Part shown: positions 30,906 to 41,594 of the stretch, piece after piece
Layout of the letters: every line of letters starts with the position of its first letter
Numbering within the stretch: the first letter of the stretch is position 1
DNA from: an uncultured cyanobacterium
Lineage (GTDB): Bacteria > Cyanobacteriota > Cyanobacteriia > Cyanobacteriales > Nostocaceae
DNA length: 64,000 nucleotides
Direction of reading: 5' to 3'
Assembly: GCA_963740315.1 (NCBI GenBank)
Contig: CAVUDP010000004.1
Coordinates: 256,001 to 320,000 of the forward strand
The notes under the pieces: generated by a model
What the model saw: only the letters and a program-made list of their open reading frames with translations
Database searches by the model: none
Told to the model about the DNA's origin: nothing
Translations under genes and position numbers: made by a program

Positions 30906-31678
30906 TGTCAACCTATATTCATGCTAATTCGTAGTTATATTCAACGTTCAATAAAATACAAGCTCAAGCAATGCTTGTTAAACTGACATTAAATAATTAG
31001 CTTTAGTTTTGGTAGCAAACGTATACGCAATTTCTACATAATTTATAGGTCGTTTGTGTAAGCCAGTAATAGTTTTCCGTCTTACTGTTTATCCGATCGC
31101 TCGAACGCCAAGCAAGATTCTGTTGATAAATAAATTTGCGATCTAATTGATACAATAAAAATTTACCCATGTGACTAACCGTAAGTGCTATATTAAGGGG
31201 TTTCAGTTTAAAAATGTAAGATAATATACCTATATCAGGGCTAATTTTCTAGTAATATTGCCGATCTAATAACGATCGCCATCAATAAAAATTACTTTCA
31301 GATGTTAGTGTTGGTGCTAAGGCGGGAAAACTAAGACGACAGATGCTGGGTGGATGAATCTAGCCCGGATTAACAACTGTACGTTTAATTAAAAATTCTC
31401 GCCGGGGGTGAAGAAAAATTTGGCTACAAAATATCGATTCTTTAAAACCGAAACTGGGTATGAAAATAATTGGGGTACGCGCCTGATTAATTTTAATCGG
31501 CACTCCTCACCGCTCTCATTCGACTGTCTTACCATAAAGCTTTGCGAATTAGCCTATATGCAAGCTATTGCCTATTGCCGCAATTAAAATACTCTGCCAT
31601 TAAATAAGCTCGAATGTTAAAACATTCTTACCCGATTCAATTATTTATCCGACTGCCGTTACTGCATGGAAGCGGTGC

Positions 31679-34600
31679 ATGAAATCTCAAGCAAACAGAA
31701 AGCCGAAAATATTGGTTGTTGATGACGAACCCGACAACCTAGACTTGCTATACCGTACCTTCTATCGCGAATATAAGGTGCTGCGAGCTACAAGTGGTCC
31801 AGCCGCATTAGAATTGCTGGCAAAAGAAGGAGATATATCAGTAATTATCTCCGATCAGCGAATGCCAATGATGAGTGGTACGGAATTCTTGAGCCTGACA
31901 GCTACTCAATATCCAGATATTATCCGGATTATCTTAACTGGCTATACCGATGTCGAAGACTTGGTGGAAGCCATAAACGCTGGTAAGGTTTTTAAATACG
32001 TAACTAAACCGTGGGAAGCAGAAGAACTTAAAGCCGTAGTACGCCAAGCTTTGGATACTCATAATGTTCTTAGAGCGCGTACCTACGAACTCACCCGTAC
32101 ATTACGTCAAGAATCCTTACTCAATTCTTTAACTAATACGATTCGCAGTGCCTTAGATTATCGACAAATTCTTCAAGCAATTGTAGATAATGTAGGTCAT
32201 ATGCTTGAAGTAGACGTATGTCTTTTACGTCCTTTCCAAAATGGGCGGTTAGTTGATGAAGGTTTTATTTATCAAAAAAATCTTAAAGAAGTAGAGGATA
32301 AAGATCAACTTATTGAATCTACCGATACCTCCTCGGCTGAATTATTAGCCCATACAGTATGGGAAACCCGCGAAGTTCAGGTAATTTACGATGCAACAAC
32401 AGATGAGCGCGTTCAAGAGGATATTCCCGAAAACCGCGATCGCGCTCAAGTATATGTTGTTGCTCAAATTTGTTCTAGTTTAGTAGTACCGCTAATTTGT
32501 CAGCAAGAATTGATGGCAGTTTTGGCGCTGCACCAGTCCAAAGAATCCCGTGATTGGGAAGAAGATGAAGTGCAGTTAGTGATTATGGTGGCAAATCAGG
32601 CTGCATTAGCTTTATCTCAAGCTCGTGCTTACGAGCAGGTACACGCTCTTGCTCAAAGAGAGGTGTTAATTAATACGATTACTAGCGCCATCCGCTCTAG
32701 CCTAGATCCCCAAGAAATTTTTGCTGCTATTACCCAACAACTTGGACAAGCGTTGCAGGTGGATGGGTGTGTTTTATCTTTGTGGACTGCCGATTCAGAA
32801 TTTGTTGAATGTGTCGGTTTATATATTACTCAAGATTCACAGGCGCATCACTTAAACGGTAAACCAAAATTCACCGCTCATGAATTACCTCAATTTTTAG
32901 CCCCAATTAAGGGAAATCAAATATTGCAAGAAATCTTGCAAACTCAATCTACAGTAATAATTACCGATCTTAATGATTGCCCCGCTCAAGTAAAAGGTTT
33001 TGATTTACCTTTAAAAATGAATACTCGCTCTTTGATGGTAGTTCCATTACTTACCGACGGTAAAATCATCGGTAGTATTACTTTGCGACAAAGTAAAAAA
33101 GAACGCTATTGGTTGAAATCGGAGGTAGAGTTAGCTGCATCTGTAGCAGTTCAAGCAGCCCTTGCAGTTCAACAGTCTCGGCTTTATCAAAAAACTCGCC
33201 AACAAGCCGAACGTTTGCTGGAATTAGACAAACAAAAAACTGAATTTTTTCAGAATATTTCCCACGAGTTCCGCACCCCAATAACTTTAATTCAAGGTCC
33301 TTTGGAGTCAGCAGTAAGCACGGGTGAAGGGTTATCTCACGAACAAAGTACCATTGCTTTGCGTAATTCAAGGCGCTTGTTACGACTAGTAAATCAACTA
33401 TTAGATTTGCAACGTTTGGATGCCCGGAGAATGCAGCCAACTTTCCGCAAGTGCGATTTGGTTGAATTTGTTAGTCAAATTGTGGAGTCGTTTCGTCCCT
33501 ACTGCGAGAAAAAGGAATTGGATCTGCTTGCAGAATTAGATGATTGTCCGCCCGTTTATTTAGATATAGAAAAATTCGATAAAGTGGTTTATAACCTGCT
33601 GTCGAATGCCATGAAGTTTACTCCCCAAAACGGCAGCATTACTGTGAGAGTTTTGTCTGCGGGTTCGGGTTGCATCTTACAAGTAGAAGACACGGGAATT
33701 GGTATTGCCGAAGAACAAATTCCACATTTGTTTGAACGGTTCCGTCAAGCTGAAGGTTCGGAAAATCGTTCCTATGAAGGTACGGGTTTAGGTTTGGCTT
33801 TGGTTAAAGAATTAGTAGAAATTCATGGAGGTGAAGTTACAGTTGATTCGGTGTATGGAAGTGGTACCAACTTTACCATATCCCTTCAGTCTGGAAGCGC
33901 TCATTTAAATGCCGAGCAAGTGGTAGAAGATGAAAGTATTGTTGATATCAGTCGTGCTGCTGTGGAGTTAGCCGATTTAGAATTAATAGAATCAACGGAT
34001 AGTCATAATCAAAATATCCCAATTGATTTGTTGTCACCAAGTTTTGATTCTTCAGATTTGAAAGCTGGGAAGGGACAATTAGTTTTAGTTGTGGACGATA
34101 ACCCAGATATGCGAGCTTATGTATCAAGTATTCTTCGCGAAGCAGGCTATCAAGTCCAAACTGCAAGAAACGGTTCGGAAGGTTTTCATATAGCCAAAGA
34201 ATTGTTACCTCATTTAGTTGTCACCGACTTGATGATGCCTATAGTCACCGGATTGGAGATGATTCGGACGATACGCTCGGAAGAGACGCTCAAAGGAATA
34301 CCGATTATTCTGCTTACTGCCAAAGTTGATGAAGATACTCGTATTGAAGGAACCGAACGTGGTGCGGATGCCTATTTAGCAAAGCCATTTAACGATAGAG
34401 AACTTCTAGCAGAAGCACGAAATTTGTTGGCTTTAAAAGAAAACGAACGCAAAGTTGTGGAATTAAATACTTATTTAACAGAATCCGTACTTCATCGGTT
34501 TTTACCTCCTGCTTTGGTTAAAAAAGCCGCTGCTGGCGATTTAATTCTGGATTTACGACCGGAACCGCGTTTAATTACAGTTTTATTTAGCGATATCGTT

Positions 34601-35161
34601 GGTTTTACTCAATTATCAAATACTTTAAGGTCGCGAAAAGTCGCAGAATTGCTTAATGAATACTTAGAAGCTATGACAAAAGCTGTATTTGATAACGGCG
34701 GAACCGTAGATAAATTTATGGGCGATGCGATTTTGGCTTTATACGGAGCGCCAGAAGAACTGACACCCAACGAACAAGTGCGCCGTGCGGTAAATACTTC
34801 TAGAGCCATGCTGCGCGGGCTTTCTGAGTTAAACGAACGTTGGCGATCGCAAGGTCTTTTTGACAGCGACGGACGTAACTCGATTCAGTTTCGCTGCGGT
34901 ATTCATCAAGGTACTGCGGTTGTGGGAATGTTTGGTAGTTCCGAACGCGCCGATTATACTGCTATTGGTCCTTCTGTGAATATTGCCTCTCGCTTGCAAG
35001 GCGCTGCCGAGCCTGGTACTATCCTTGTTTCTGCTGCTGTCGCAGATTATTTACAGGAAGAAGAAATTATTAAAGGTAAATCGTTAGAGTTAAAAGGAGT
35101 AGATGAAACAGTTCTAACTTTCACCGTGACTCCAGAAGTAGTCGTCCGCTCGTTAGAATAG
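31679..35161 (+). CDS. cyaC: Adenylate cyclase CyaC (REC-GAF-GAF-HisKA-HATPase-REC-cyclase)
   Basis: ILVVDDEPDN, two GAF domains, SHEFRTP, NLLSNAMKF, GTGLGL, second REC domain, LFSDIVGFT, DKFMGDA, YTAIGPSVNIASRL. Confidence 0.95.
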   Translation: MKSQANRKPKILVVDDEPDNLDLLYRTFYREYKVLRATSGPAALELLAKEGDISVIISDQRMPMMSGTEFLSLTATQYPDIIRIILTGYTDVEDLVEAINAGKVFKYVTKPWEAEELKAVVRQALDTHNVLRARTYELTRTLRQESLLNSLTNTIRSALDYRQILQAIVDNVGHMLEVDVCLLRPFQNGRLVDEGFIYQKNLKEVEDKDQLIESTDTSSAELLAHTVWETREVQVIYDATTDERVQEDIPENRDRAQVYVVAQICSSLVVPLICQQELMAVLALHQSKESRDWEEDEVQLVIMVANQAALALSQARAYEQVHALAQREVLINTITSAIRSSLDPQEIFAAITQQLGQALQVDGCVLSLWTADSEFVECVGLYITQDSQAHHLNGKPKFTAHELPQFLAPIKGNQILQEILQTQSTVIITDLNDCPAQVKGFDLPLKMNTRSLMVVPLLTDGKIIGSITLRQSKKERYWLKSEVELAASVAVQAALAVQQSRLYQKTRQQAERLLELDKQKTEFFQNISHEFRTPITLIQGPLESAVSTGEGLSHEQSTIALRNSRRLLRLVNQLLDLQRLDARRMQPTFRKCDLVEFVSQIVESFRPYCEKKELDLLAELDDCPPVYLDIEKFDKVVYNLLSNAMKFTPQNGSITVRVLSAGSGCILQVEDTGIGIAEEQIPHLFERFRQAEGSENRSYEGTGLGLALVKELVEIHGGEVTVDSVYGSGTNFTISLQSGSAHLNAEQVVEDESIVDISRAAVELADLELIESTDSHNQNIPIDLLSPSFDSSDLKAGKGQLVLVVDDNPDMRAYVSSILREAGYQVQTARNGSEGFHIAKELLPHLVVTDLMMPIVTGLEMIRTIRSEETLKGIPIILLTAKVDEDTRIEGTERGADAYLAKPFNDRELLAEARNLLALKENERKVVELNTYLTESVLHRFLPPALVKKAAAGDLILDLRPEPRLITVLFSDIVGFTQLSNTLRSRKVAELLNEYLEAMTKAVFDNGGTVDKFMGDAILALYGAPEELTPNEQVRRAVNTSRAMLRGLSELNERWRSQGLFDSDGRNSIQFRCGIHQGTAVVGMFGSSERADYTAIGPSVNIASRLQGAAEPGTILVSAAVADYLQEEEIIKGKSLELKGVDETVLTFTVTPEVVVRSLE

Positions 35162-35280
35162 AAGACGTGTTATTTGTTGAGAAAGGCGAGAAACAAAAAC
35201 AAATATACCTTTTTAATCGCGGTGCAATTAATATAGAACGTCCGCCATCTTGCGGATTCTTAATATAGATATATAGATAT

Positions 35281-36504
35281 ATGTCACAATCGGTTGCACG
35301 AAAAACTTCAATTTCAGAAAAAACCTGGAGACGACAAACCGATTCACCTTCCGGGTGGATTGCTTTTTCGTGTGGTTCAGTTATCCTGCATCTACTGGCG
35401 TTCTGGCTGATCGGTTCATATAAATTAAGTTCATCACAACAACAGCGATCGCAATCTGCTCTCCCGATTGAATTTATTGAAATTTCTCCACAAAAATCAT
35501 TGCCAGTTCAACCATCACCTAAACCTAAACCAGTTTTACCAAAGCCAGCAAAACCTATTGTTCCTCAGAATTTACAGCCTGCTATTCCGAAAACTGTGAA
35601 ACCTCCCGTCACCACGAACGATCAAAATGCCATTGCTTTTGATAATCAAAAACTTGAACGGCAACAGCAGCAACAACAAAAGTTAGCACAACAACAGCGT
35701 CAGTTAGAAGCCGAACAACTTAAAAAAGAAGCTCAGCAACAAAGAGAAGAACAACAAACTCAGCGAAAACTTGAACGTCAGCAACAAAGAGAAGAACAAC
35801 AAAATCAGCAAAAACTCGAACGTCAGCAACAATTAGAAGAACAACAAAATCAGCAAAAACTCGAACGTCAGCAACAATTAGAAGAACAACAAAATCAGCA
35901 AAAACTCGAACGTCAGCAACAAAGAGAAGAACAACAAAATCAGCGAAAACTCGAACGTCAGCAACAATTAGAAGAACAACAAAATCAGCGAAAACTCGAA
36001 CGTCAGCAACAAAGAGAAGACGAACAACAACAAAATCCCGAAGATGGTGTAAAAATAGCTGATGCTCCTGCTGATGCAAGAGGACTAACCCCACCAGAGC
36101 AGCTTGCAAAAACTCCTCAAGCTCCGATTCAAAATCAACCTACTCAAAGTGGGGGAATACTAACAGCAAGTTGGAAGATAGATACCAATACTTTTTTTAA
36201 AGATAAACCAGATAATCTTGCACAACCTTTAAAAAGAAGCAACAGCGATATCCCACTTCCTGCCCCAGAAGATGGGAATTTTCAGCCTAGAGATTTCCTG
36301 GTGTGGCTGACAATTGATAATCAAGGCAATGCATCAGTGACGAAGATAGAAACACCTGATGTAGCACAGAAAGAACAATACCGAAAATACGCCGAAGAAA
36401 TTTTCAACAATCAGAAATTTATTCCCGCAACTGAGAACAACGGCAATAAACCTGATTTTAGTAATTTGCCTGTACGTGTAAATATTCAAGAGGGTTCAAA
36501 TTAA
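35281..36504 (+). CDS. TonB/TolA-like membrane-anchored protein with Pro-rich and Gln/Glu repeat regions
   Basis: GSVILHLL TM motif, PIEFIEI, PKPKP segment, coiled-coil repeats, TonB-C-like end (VWLTIDNQG...FIPA). Confidence 0.7.
   Translation: MSQSVARKTSISEKTWRRQTDSPSGWIAFSCGSVILHLLAFWLIGSYKLSSSQQQRSQSALPIEFIEISPQKSLPVQPSPKPKPVLPKPAKPIVPQNLQPAIPKTVKPPVTTNDQNAIAFDNQKLERQQQQQQKLAQQQRQLEAEQLKKEAQQQREEQQTQRKLERQQQREEQQNQQKLERQQQLEEQQNQQKLERQQQLEEQQNQQKLERQQQREEQQNQRKLERQQQLEEQQNQRKLERQQQREDEQQQNPEDGVKIADAPADARGLTPPEQLAKTPQAPIQNQPTQSGGILTASWKIDTNTFFKDKPDNLAQPLKRSNSDIPLPAPEDGNFQPRDFLVWLTIDNQGNASVTKIETPDVAQKEQYRKYAEEIFNNQKFIPATENNGNKPDFSNLPVRVNIQEGSN
35734..36030 (+). repeat. 45-bp coding tandem repeat, 6 full units plus a partial (QQQ(R/L)EEQQNQ(Q/R)KLER)
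   Basis: cagcaacaaagagaagaacaacaaaatcagcaaaaactcgaacgt units. Confidence 0.9.
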
Positions 36505-36565
36505 AGTTTTAAATAACTTGATTTTTATCTACAACTGTAATATAATAATAAGGTTGGAAAATAAT

Positions 36566-36636
36566 GCGGGCGTAGTTTAGTGGTAAAACCTTAGCCTTCC
36601 AAGCTAATGATGCGGATTCGATTCCCGCCGCCCGCT
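36566..36636 (+). tRNA. tRNA-Gly (anticodon TCC), CCA not encoded
   Basis: gcgggcg acceptor stem, D arm gtttagtggtaaaac, anticodon arm ttagc-cttccaa-gctaa, TTCGATT loop; A at 36616 in place of the usual G53. Confidence 0.93.
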
Positions 36637-36664
36637 TTGAAAATTGCTTAAAAATAAAATAACT

Positions 36665-36697
36665 AATAAACTCTCAGATTGTCTCCGAGAGTTTATT
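36665..36697. terminator. Hairpin between the convergent tRNA-Gly and pstB
   Basis: aataaactctc...gagagtttatt 11-bp stem. Confidence 0.6.
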
Positions 36698-36732
36698 TAT
36701 TAGCCATATTCAACATAGAATTTGGTCAAAAC

Positions 36733-37536
36733 TTAACCAAATTTACCACTAATGTAGTCTTTAGTCTCTTCTTGCTGAGGATCGTTGAAAATTCTCTCAG
36801 TGGGTTCGTATTCTACTAAATAACCGTTACGTCCCCCATCTTTTGTATTGACGTAAAATAATGCTGTCATGTCCGAGACTCGCGATGCTTGTTGCATATT
36901 GTGAGTAACGATAACAACGGTAAATTTCTCTTTGAGTTGTTTAATTAATTCTTCTACTATATTAGTAGAAATCGGATCGAGCGCGGAGCAAGGCTCGTCC
37001 ATTAAGATAACATCCGGTTTGACTGCGATCGCCCTGGCAATACACAAACGCTGTTGTTGTCCCCCGGATATGGATAAACCACTTTGGTTTAGTTTGTCTT
37101 TAACTTCATTCCACAAACCCGCACCTTTGAGGGAATCTTCAACTAATTCATCCATATCGCCTTTAAAGCCGTTAATTTTGGCTCCAAAAGTAATATTTTC
37201 ATAGATTGACTTAGGGAATGGGTTTGGCTTTTGAAATACCATCCCGATTCGACGACGCACTTCTACAGGATCGACTTTAGGTGCATACAAATTCTCGCCG
37301 TTGTACAAAACTTTACCTTCTGCCCTAAATACGTCAATTAAGTCGTTAAGACGATTAAAGCATCTGAGTAAAGTACTTTTACCGCATCCAGAAGGGCCGA
37401 TAAAAGCTGTTACCTGGTTTTTGGGGATATCCATATAGATATCTTTTAGAGCCAAAAATTTACCGTAGTAAACGTTTAGTGCTTCTGTTCTTAATACAGT
37501 TTGAGTGTCTTGCACGGTGGAAATATGTGTAGCCAT
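36733..37536 (-). CDS. pstB: Phosphate ABC transporter ATP-binding protein
   Basis: [56 protein letters not shown]. Confidence 0.97.
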   Translation of the reverse strand: MATHISTVQDTQTVLRTEALNVYYGKFLALKDIYMDIPKNQVTAFIGPSGCGKSTLLRCFNRLNDLIDVFRAEGKVLYNGENLYAPKVDPVEVRRRIGMVFQKPNPFPKSIYENITFGAKINGFKGDMDELVEDSLKGAGLWNEVKDKLNQSGLSISGGQQQRLCIARAIAVKPDVILMDEPCSALDPISTNIVEELIKQLKEKFTVVIVTHNMQQASRVSDMTALFYVNTKDGGRNGYLVEYEPTERIFNDPQQEETKDYISGKFG

Positions 37537-37687
37537 AAATTTTACGCTTATTGTTTCTCCGAAAGCTTCAAAGCTGTTAAGTAACTTTTATCTATCAATG
37601 GCTTATGTAATGCCGCTTGATTATTCTATTTTGAGTAATAATTTATATTGCCCTCAATCTAACCCAAATTTGACTTTCCCCATGCAG

Positions 37688-38581
37688 TTAAGATTTGCTG
37701 CGAGTTGCAAAGCGAGCAATTATACTAGCAAGCAAAACCAATAACACCAAAACGAGAGACGCAGCCCAAGCAACTGATTGCTGATTTTGGTCGAAAGAAG
37801 TTGCAAAGTTATAAACTAAAACAGCAAGAGAAGCAACTGGTTCGTCAGTTAAGCTTCTTAACCAAAATGCGGAGAACAAAGCAGTAAAAATTAGGGGTGC
37901 GGTTTCTCCCGCAGCACGGGCAACAGATAAGGTTACGCCAGTAACAATTGAAGGTAAAGCCGCAGGTAACACTACTTGCAAAACTGTTTGATAGTTAGTG
38001 GCTCCTATTCCTACAGCAGCTTGTCGCAAATCATTGGAAACTAATTGTAAAGCTTCGTCTGTAGTTCTGACGATAATCGGCAACATTAAAATTGATAGAG
38101 CCACACCACCGGCGATCGCAGAATATCCTGTAATCTTAGTTGCAACTAAAATACCATAGGTCACAACTCCAGCAATAATCGAAGGAACACCGCTCAAAAC
38201 GTTGGTGGCGAAGCGAATCCAACGGGCTGTTTGTCCCTTACTGAATTCGGTGAGGTAAACTGCTGCTGCAACTCCAATCGGTACGCTGATTAAAGCCCCA
38301 ATCCCGACCATAATCGCCGTACCGATGATGGCGTTACCAAAACCACCGCCTGTATCCAAAGGTGCTGGAGGTAATTCGGTGAACAAATCTAAGCTTAAGC
38401 TACTGAAACCCTTGAACAGCAAGTAAGAAAGTACTAGCAGCAAAGGTAGCAAAGCGAGGGCACCACAAACAAATATGACACCATTCATCACATTGTTAAA
38501 TAGCGTCCGGGGAGAACTCGAAGAGCCATTTAAACTACCGCGTGTAAATCCCGGTGGCTGCTCTGAATAACTAGAAGACAT
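37688..38581 (-). CDS. pstA: Phosphate ABC transporter permease PstA
   Basis: GGFGNAIIGT, LSGVPSII, RAAGETAPLIFT; likely ATG at 38581. Confidence 0.95.
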   Translation of the reverse strand: MSSSYSEQPPGFTRGSLNGSSSSPRTLFNNVMNGVIFVCGALALLPLLLVLSYLLFKGFSSLSLDLFTELPPAPLDTGGGFGNAIIGTAIMVGIGALISVPIGVAAAVYLTEFSKGQTARWIRFATNVLSGVPSIIAGVVTYGILVATKITGYSAIAGGVALSILMLPIIVRTTDEALQLVSNDLRQAAVGIGATNYQTVLQVVLPAALPSIVTGVTLSVARAAGETAPLIFTALFSAFWLRSLTDEPVASLAVLVYNFATSFDQNQQSVAWAASLVLVLLVLLASIIARFATRSKS

Positions 38582-38600
38582 AATTGAACATACCAATAAA

Positions 38601-39569
38601 TTACTGTCGCTGAACCCGCAATACTATTAACTCTGCAAAAATATTGACAATTAAAGTCAATATAAACAGCACAAACGCAGCGTACATTAAGGCACTGATT
38701 TGCAAACCACCAGCTTCTGCGAACTGATTTGCTATTAAAGAAGCAATTGTATTGCTCGGTGCAAATAGGGAAGGACTAATTCTGTTGGAGTTACCAATTA
38801 TCATGGTCACAGCCATTGTTTCTCCCATCGCACGACCAAGTGCTAGCATTACAGCGCTAACAATACCAGAAAATGCAGCTGGAATAATCACTTTCAAAAG
38901 TGTTTCCCAACGGGTACATCCCAATCCATAAGCAGCTTCGCGCAAGCTGCGAGGTACGGAAACTAATGCATCGCGAGAAATTGCTGTAATAATCGGCAAA
39001 GTCATAATTGCCAGAATAATACCCGCAGGCAACAACCCCGGACCGCCAATTGCACCCGATTCGGGACGACTAAACAACGGTATCCAGCCTAAATACTGGT
39101 TAAGCCATCCGCCAATACTTCCCAAAAAAGGAATTAATACGAAAATTCCCCATAAGCCATAGACAACGCTGGGAATCGCTGCGAGAAGTTCTACTAGAAA
39201 AACTAGTATTGTTCGTACTGACAAAGGCAATATATTTTCACTTAACAATACTGCTGTGCCAATGCCAATGGGTACGGCTATCAACAAACCGATAAAAGAA
39301 CTAGCTAAAGTACCGTAAATTGACGGCAGTATTCCTAATTCTACTCTTGGTGGGTTTGGACTCCACTCGGTTGTGACCAAAAACCCAAGACCAAATTCCT
39401 GTAATGCTGGAAGTGCTTGAACGGCTACCTGAAATCCGATCCATAACAAAACACCGGCAATAGCAAAGGCAAAAATTCTTGTCGTCCAAATAAAGCTGCG
39501 ATCGAGGGTTCTATCTGTTTCAGAGCGATTTTTGGGATCTGGTTGTCTACTTTGGGCTGATGTACTCAT
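38601..39569 (-). CDS. pstC: Phosphate ABC transporter permease PstC
   Basis: ELLAAIPSVVYGLWG, LGRAMGETMAV, ANQFAEA; likely ATG at 39569. Confidence 0.95.
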   Translation of the reverse strand: MSTSAQSRQPDPKNRSETDRTLDRSFIWTTRIFAFAIAGVLLWIGFQVAVQALPALQEFGLGFLVTTEWSPNPPRVELGILPSIYGTLASSFIGLLIAVPIGIGTAVLLSENILPLSVRTILVFLVELLAAIPSVVYGLWGIFVLIPFLGSIGGWLNQYLGWIPLFSRPESGAIGGPGLLPAGIILAIMTLPIITAISRDALVSVPRSLREAAYGLGCTRWETLLKVIIPAAFSGIVSAVMLALGRAMGETMAVTMIIGNSNRISPSLFAPSNTIASLIANQFAEAGGLQISALMYAAFVLFILTLIVNIFAELIVLRVQRQ

Positions 39570-39674
39570 AAAATGTACCCATGTAATAGAGAAAATGTGG
39601 GAGCGAACCACATTATTCCTTAACTAATTAATTATTGTTTGCACGCGGTTAAAAAATTTAGCAATCAAGGCTTA

Positions 39675-40814
39675 CTACTTAGCAGCAACGTTAATGTTGT
39701 AATCGGGGCTGATTGTGTCAGCAGCAGCAGCAACTTTCTCAACTACATTTTCAGGTAAAGGAACGTAACCGAGTTCGGGAGCATTTTTTTGACCTTCAGT
39801 TAAACCATACTCAATCATCGCTTCCATAGCTTTAGCTGTTGCAGGATTGTCATACTTTTTGTAAGCTAAAATCCATGTGTAGGTAACGATGGGATAAGAT
39901 TCATCTCCTTCTGGATCTGTAACGAAAGCACGGAGATTATCTGGTAGTTGAACAGCTGCCAAAGCTTTAGATGCAGCATCGTCGCTTGGTTCAATATATT
40001 TACCCGATTTATTTTCCAAAGTTGCCATACTCAAACCTTGGTTTTTAGCATAACCGTACTCTACATAACCAATAGAACCATCAGTTTGCTTAATTTGAGC
40101 GGTAACGCCTTCATTACCTTTAGCACCAATTCCGGTAGGCCAAGATACAGTCTTACCTGCGCCAGGACCGCTCTTCCAATCGGGGTTAACGTCGCTCAAG
40201 TGCTGTGTTAATACAGCTGTAGTACCACTACCATCGGAACGATGTATCACTGTAATATTCTTGTCGGGAAGATTAACTCCAGGGTTTGCCGCTACAATTT
40301 TGGGGTCATTCCACTTGGAAATTTTACCTAGTAAGATATTGGTATAATCTTCGCGTGATAACTTCAGATTTTCGACTCCATTTAAGTTGTAAGCGAATAC
40401 AACGCTACCAGCAGTCATAGGTAGTAATAATACGCCTCTCTCTACCTTAGCGATTTCATCATCCTTCATCGCTACGTCGCTAGCACCAAAGTCAACTGTA
40501 CCGGCGGTAAATTGTTTAACACCAGCACCACTACCAATTGATTGATAGTTGATTCGGAGATTGGGGTACTTAGCGTTAACATCTTTGAACCAACGCGAGT
40601 AAAGCAATCTAGGGAAAGAAGCACCTGCACCATTCAAAGTTGTGTCTCCACCCAAATCTAATGGGGTGGTAGCAGCAACATCGGTAGCACCAGGAGTATC
40701 ACCAGCATTGTTGGTTCCTTCACTGCCACAAGCTGCCAAGCCTACAGTAAGTGCTAATACGGAAATTAAAGAAACTAAACGAGACTTATTCGCTACAATT
40801 TTATTAGAAAACAT
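39675..40814 (-). CDS. pstS: Phosphate ABC transporter substrate-binding lipoprotein
   Basis: Lipobox LAAC, GAGASFP, YQSIGSGAG, DFGASD, HRSDGSGTT, YPIVTYTW. Confidence 0.97.
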   Translation of the reverse strand: MFSNKIVANKSRLVSLISVLALTVGLAACGSEGTNNAGDTPGATDVAATTPLDLGGDTTLNGAGASFPRLLYSRWFKDVNAKYPNLRINYQSIGSGAGVKQFTAGTVDFGASDVAMKDDEIAKVERGVLLLPMTAGSVVFAYNLNGVENLKLSREDYTNILLGKISKWNDPKIVAANPGVNLPDKNITVIHRSDGSGTTAVLTQHLSDVNPDWKSGPGAGKTVSWPTGIGAKGNEGVTAQIKQTDGSIGYVEYGYAKNQGLSMATLENKSGKYIEPSDDAASKALAAVQLPDNLRAFVTDPEGDESYPIVTYTWILAYKKYDNPATAKAMEAMIEYGLTEGQKNAPELGYVPLPENVVEKVAAAADTISPDYNINVAAK

Positions 40815-40866
40815 GGATGTGCAAGTTGGGTAATTTTGCAGGTGTCGTATATAATATACTGCTATT

Positions 40867-40885
40867 GAGTAAAGACAAGGTTAAC
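40867..40885 (-). promoter_or_regulatory. Pho box (SphR/PhoB-type) upstream of pstS
   Basis: Minus strand GTTAACCT-tgt-CTTTACTC, then TATTAT -10 at 40851-40856; fits the cyanobacterial PyTTAAPyPy(T/A) repeat with 3-bp spacers. Confidence 0.65.
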
Positions 40886-41594
40886 AAAGTTCGATTTCAA
40901 AGTTTCTTAGGACTCATTCCGGCAAAAACTTATATTTATTATTGGAATAAAACTTTTTAGCTAAATTAGTCATTTAAAAGAAATAAACAATACATTAGTA
41001 ATTTTGTATTAATAGCATTAGCAATAATTCATTTTGTGGCGATATTCGTGTAAAATTTCAAGTTTCAAAGTTTGGAAATAGATAATGATAAGTAGTTAAG
41101 CGTGCATTATTTATATATTTAATATATTTACTGCTCAGTTATATAAATATTCCCTACTCCCTATCTAGACAAAATATTTAATCAATTTTGCACAAGTACT
41201 TATGCAATTGGTTTGTTTGATAATTGTTAGCATTCTAATAAAATTAGTATGAATACGGACGTTGGTTTGTAGCCCGGTTTAAGTCAAATTATTTTACGAT
41301 CTATTATTTTGTCCTAACCTCTATCCATAGCTATAGCTATATATGTCCTAACGTTGATGTTGCTGATATGTTATCCGGGAGCAAGTATCTAAGGATAGAA
41401 AAGTAGCGGTATCTATTTCATTAGAATTTGCAAGGCTAGCTAACTTAGATTTTGGACAGTAAGCAGTTAGACGCATTAAACTAGTATGCGACATAAATAA
41501 GAAAGTAAAGCTTTATAACAAAATAAGTATATTTATTAACTAGTTAACAAAGAATTAGAGATTATTTTTCGCTATCTGTATGAGTATCTTATAA

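Noticed and set aside
31481..31520. actcctcac motif resembling the Yfr1 sRNA core
   Set aside because: Incomplete match to ACTCCTCACAC, no flanking terminator hairpin, and it lies in the probable cyaC leader.
35720..36109. Hydrophobic repeat ORF on the minus strand
   Set aside because: Antisense of the Gln-rich 45-bp repeat.
36566..36700. tRNA-Gly as an integration site for an island
   Set aside because: No duplicated tRNA 3' end or integrase seen; the flanks are housekeeping genes.
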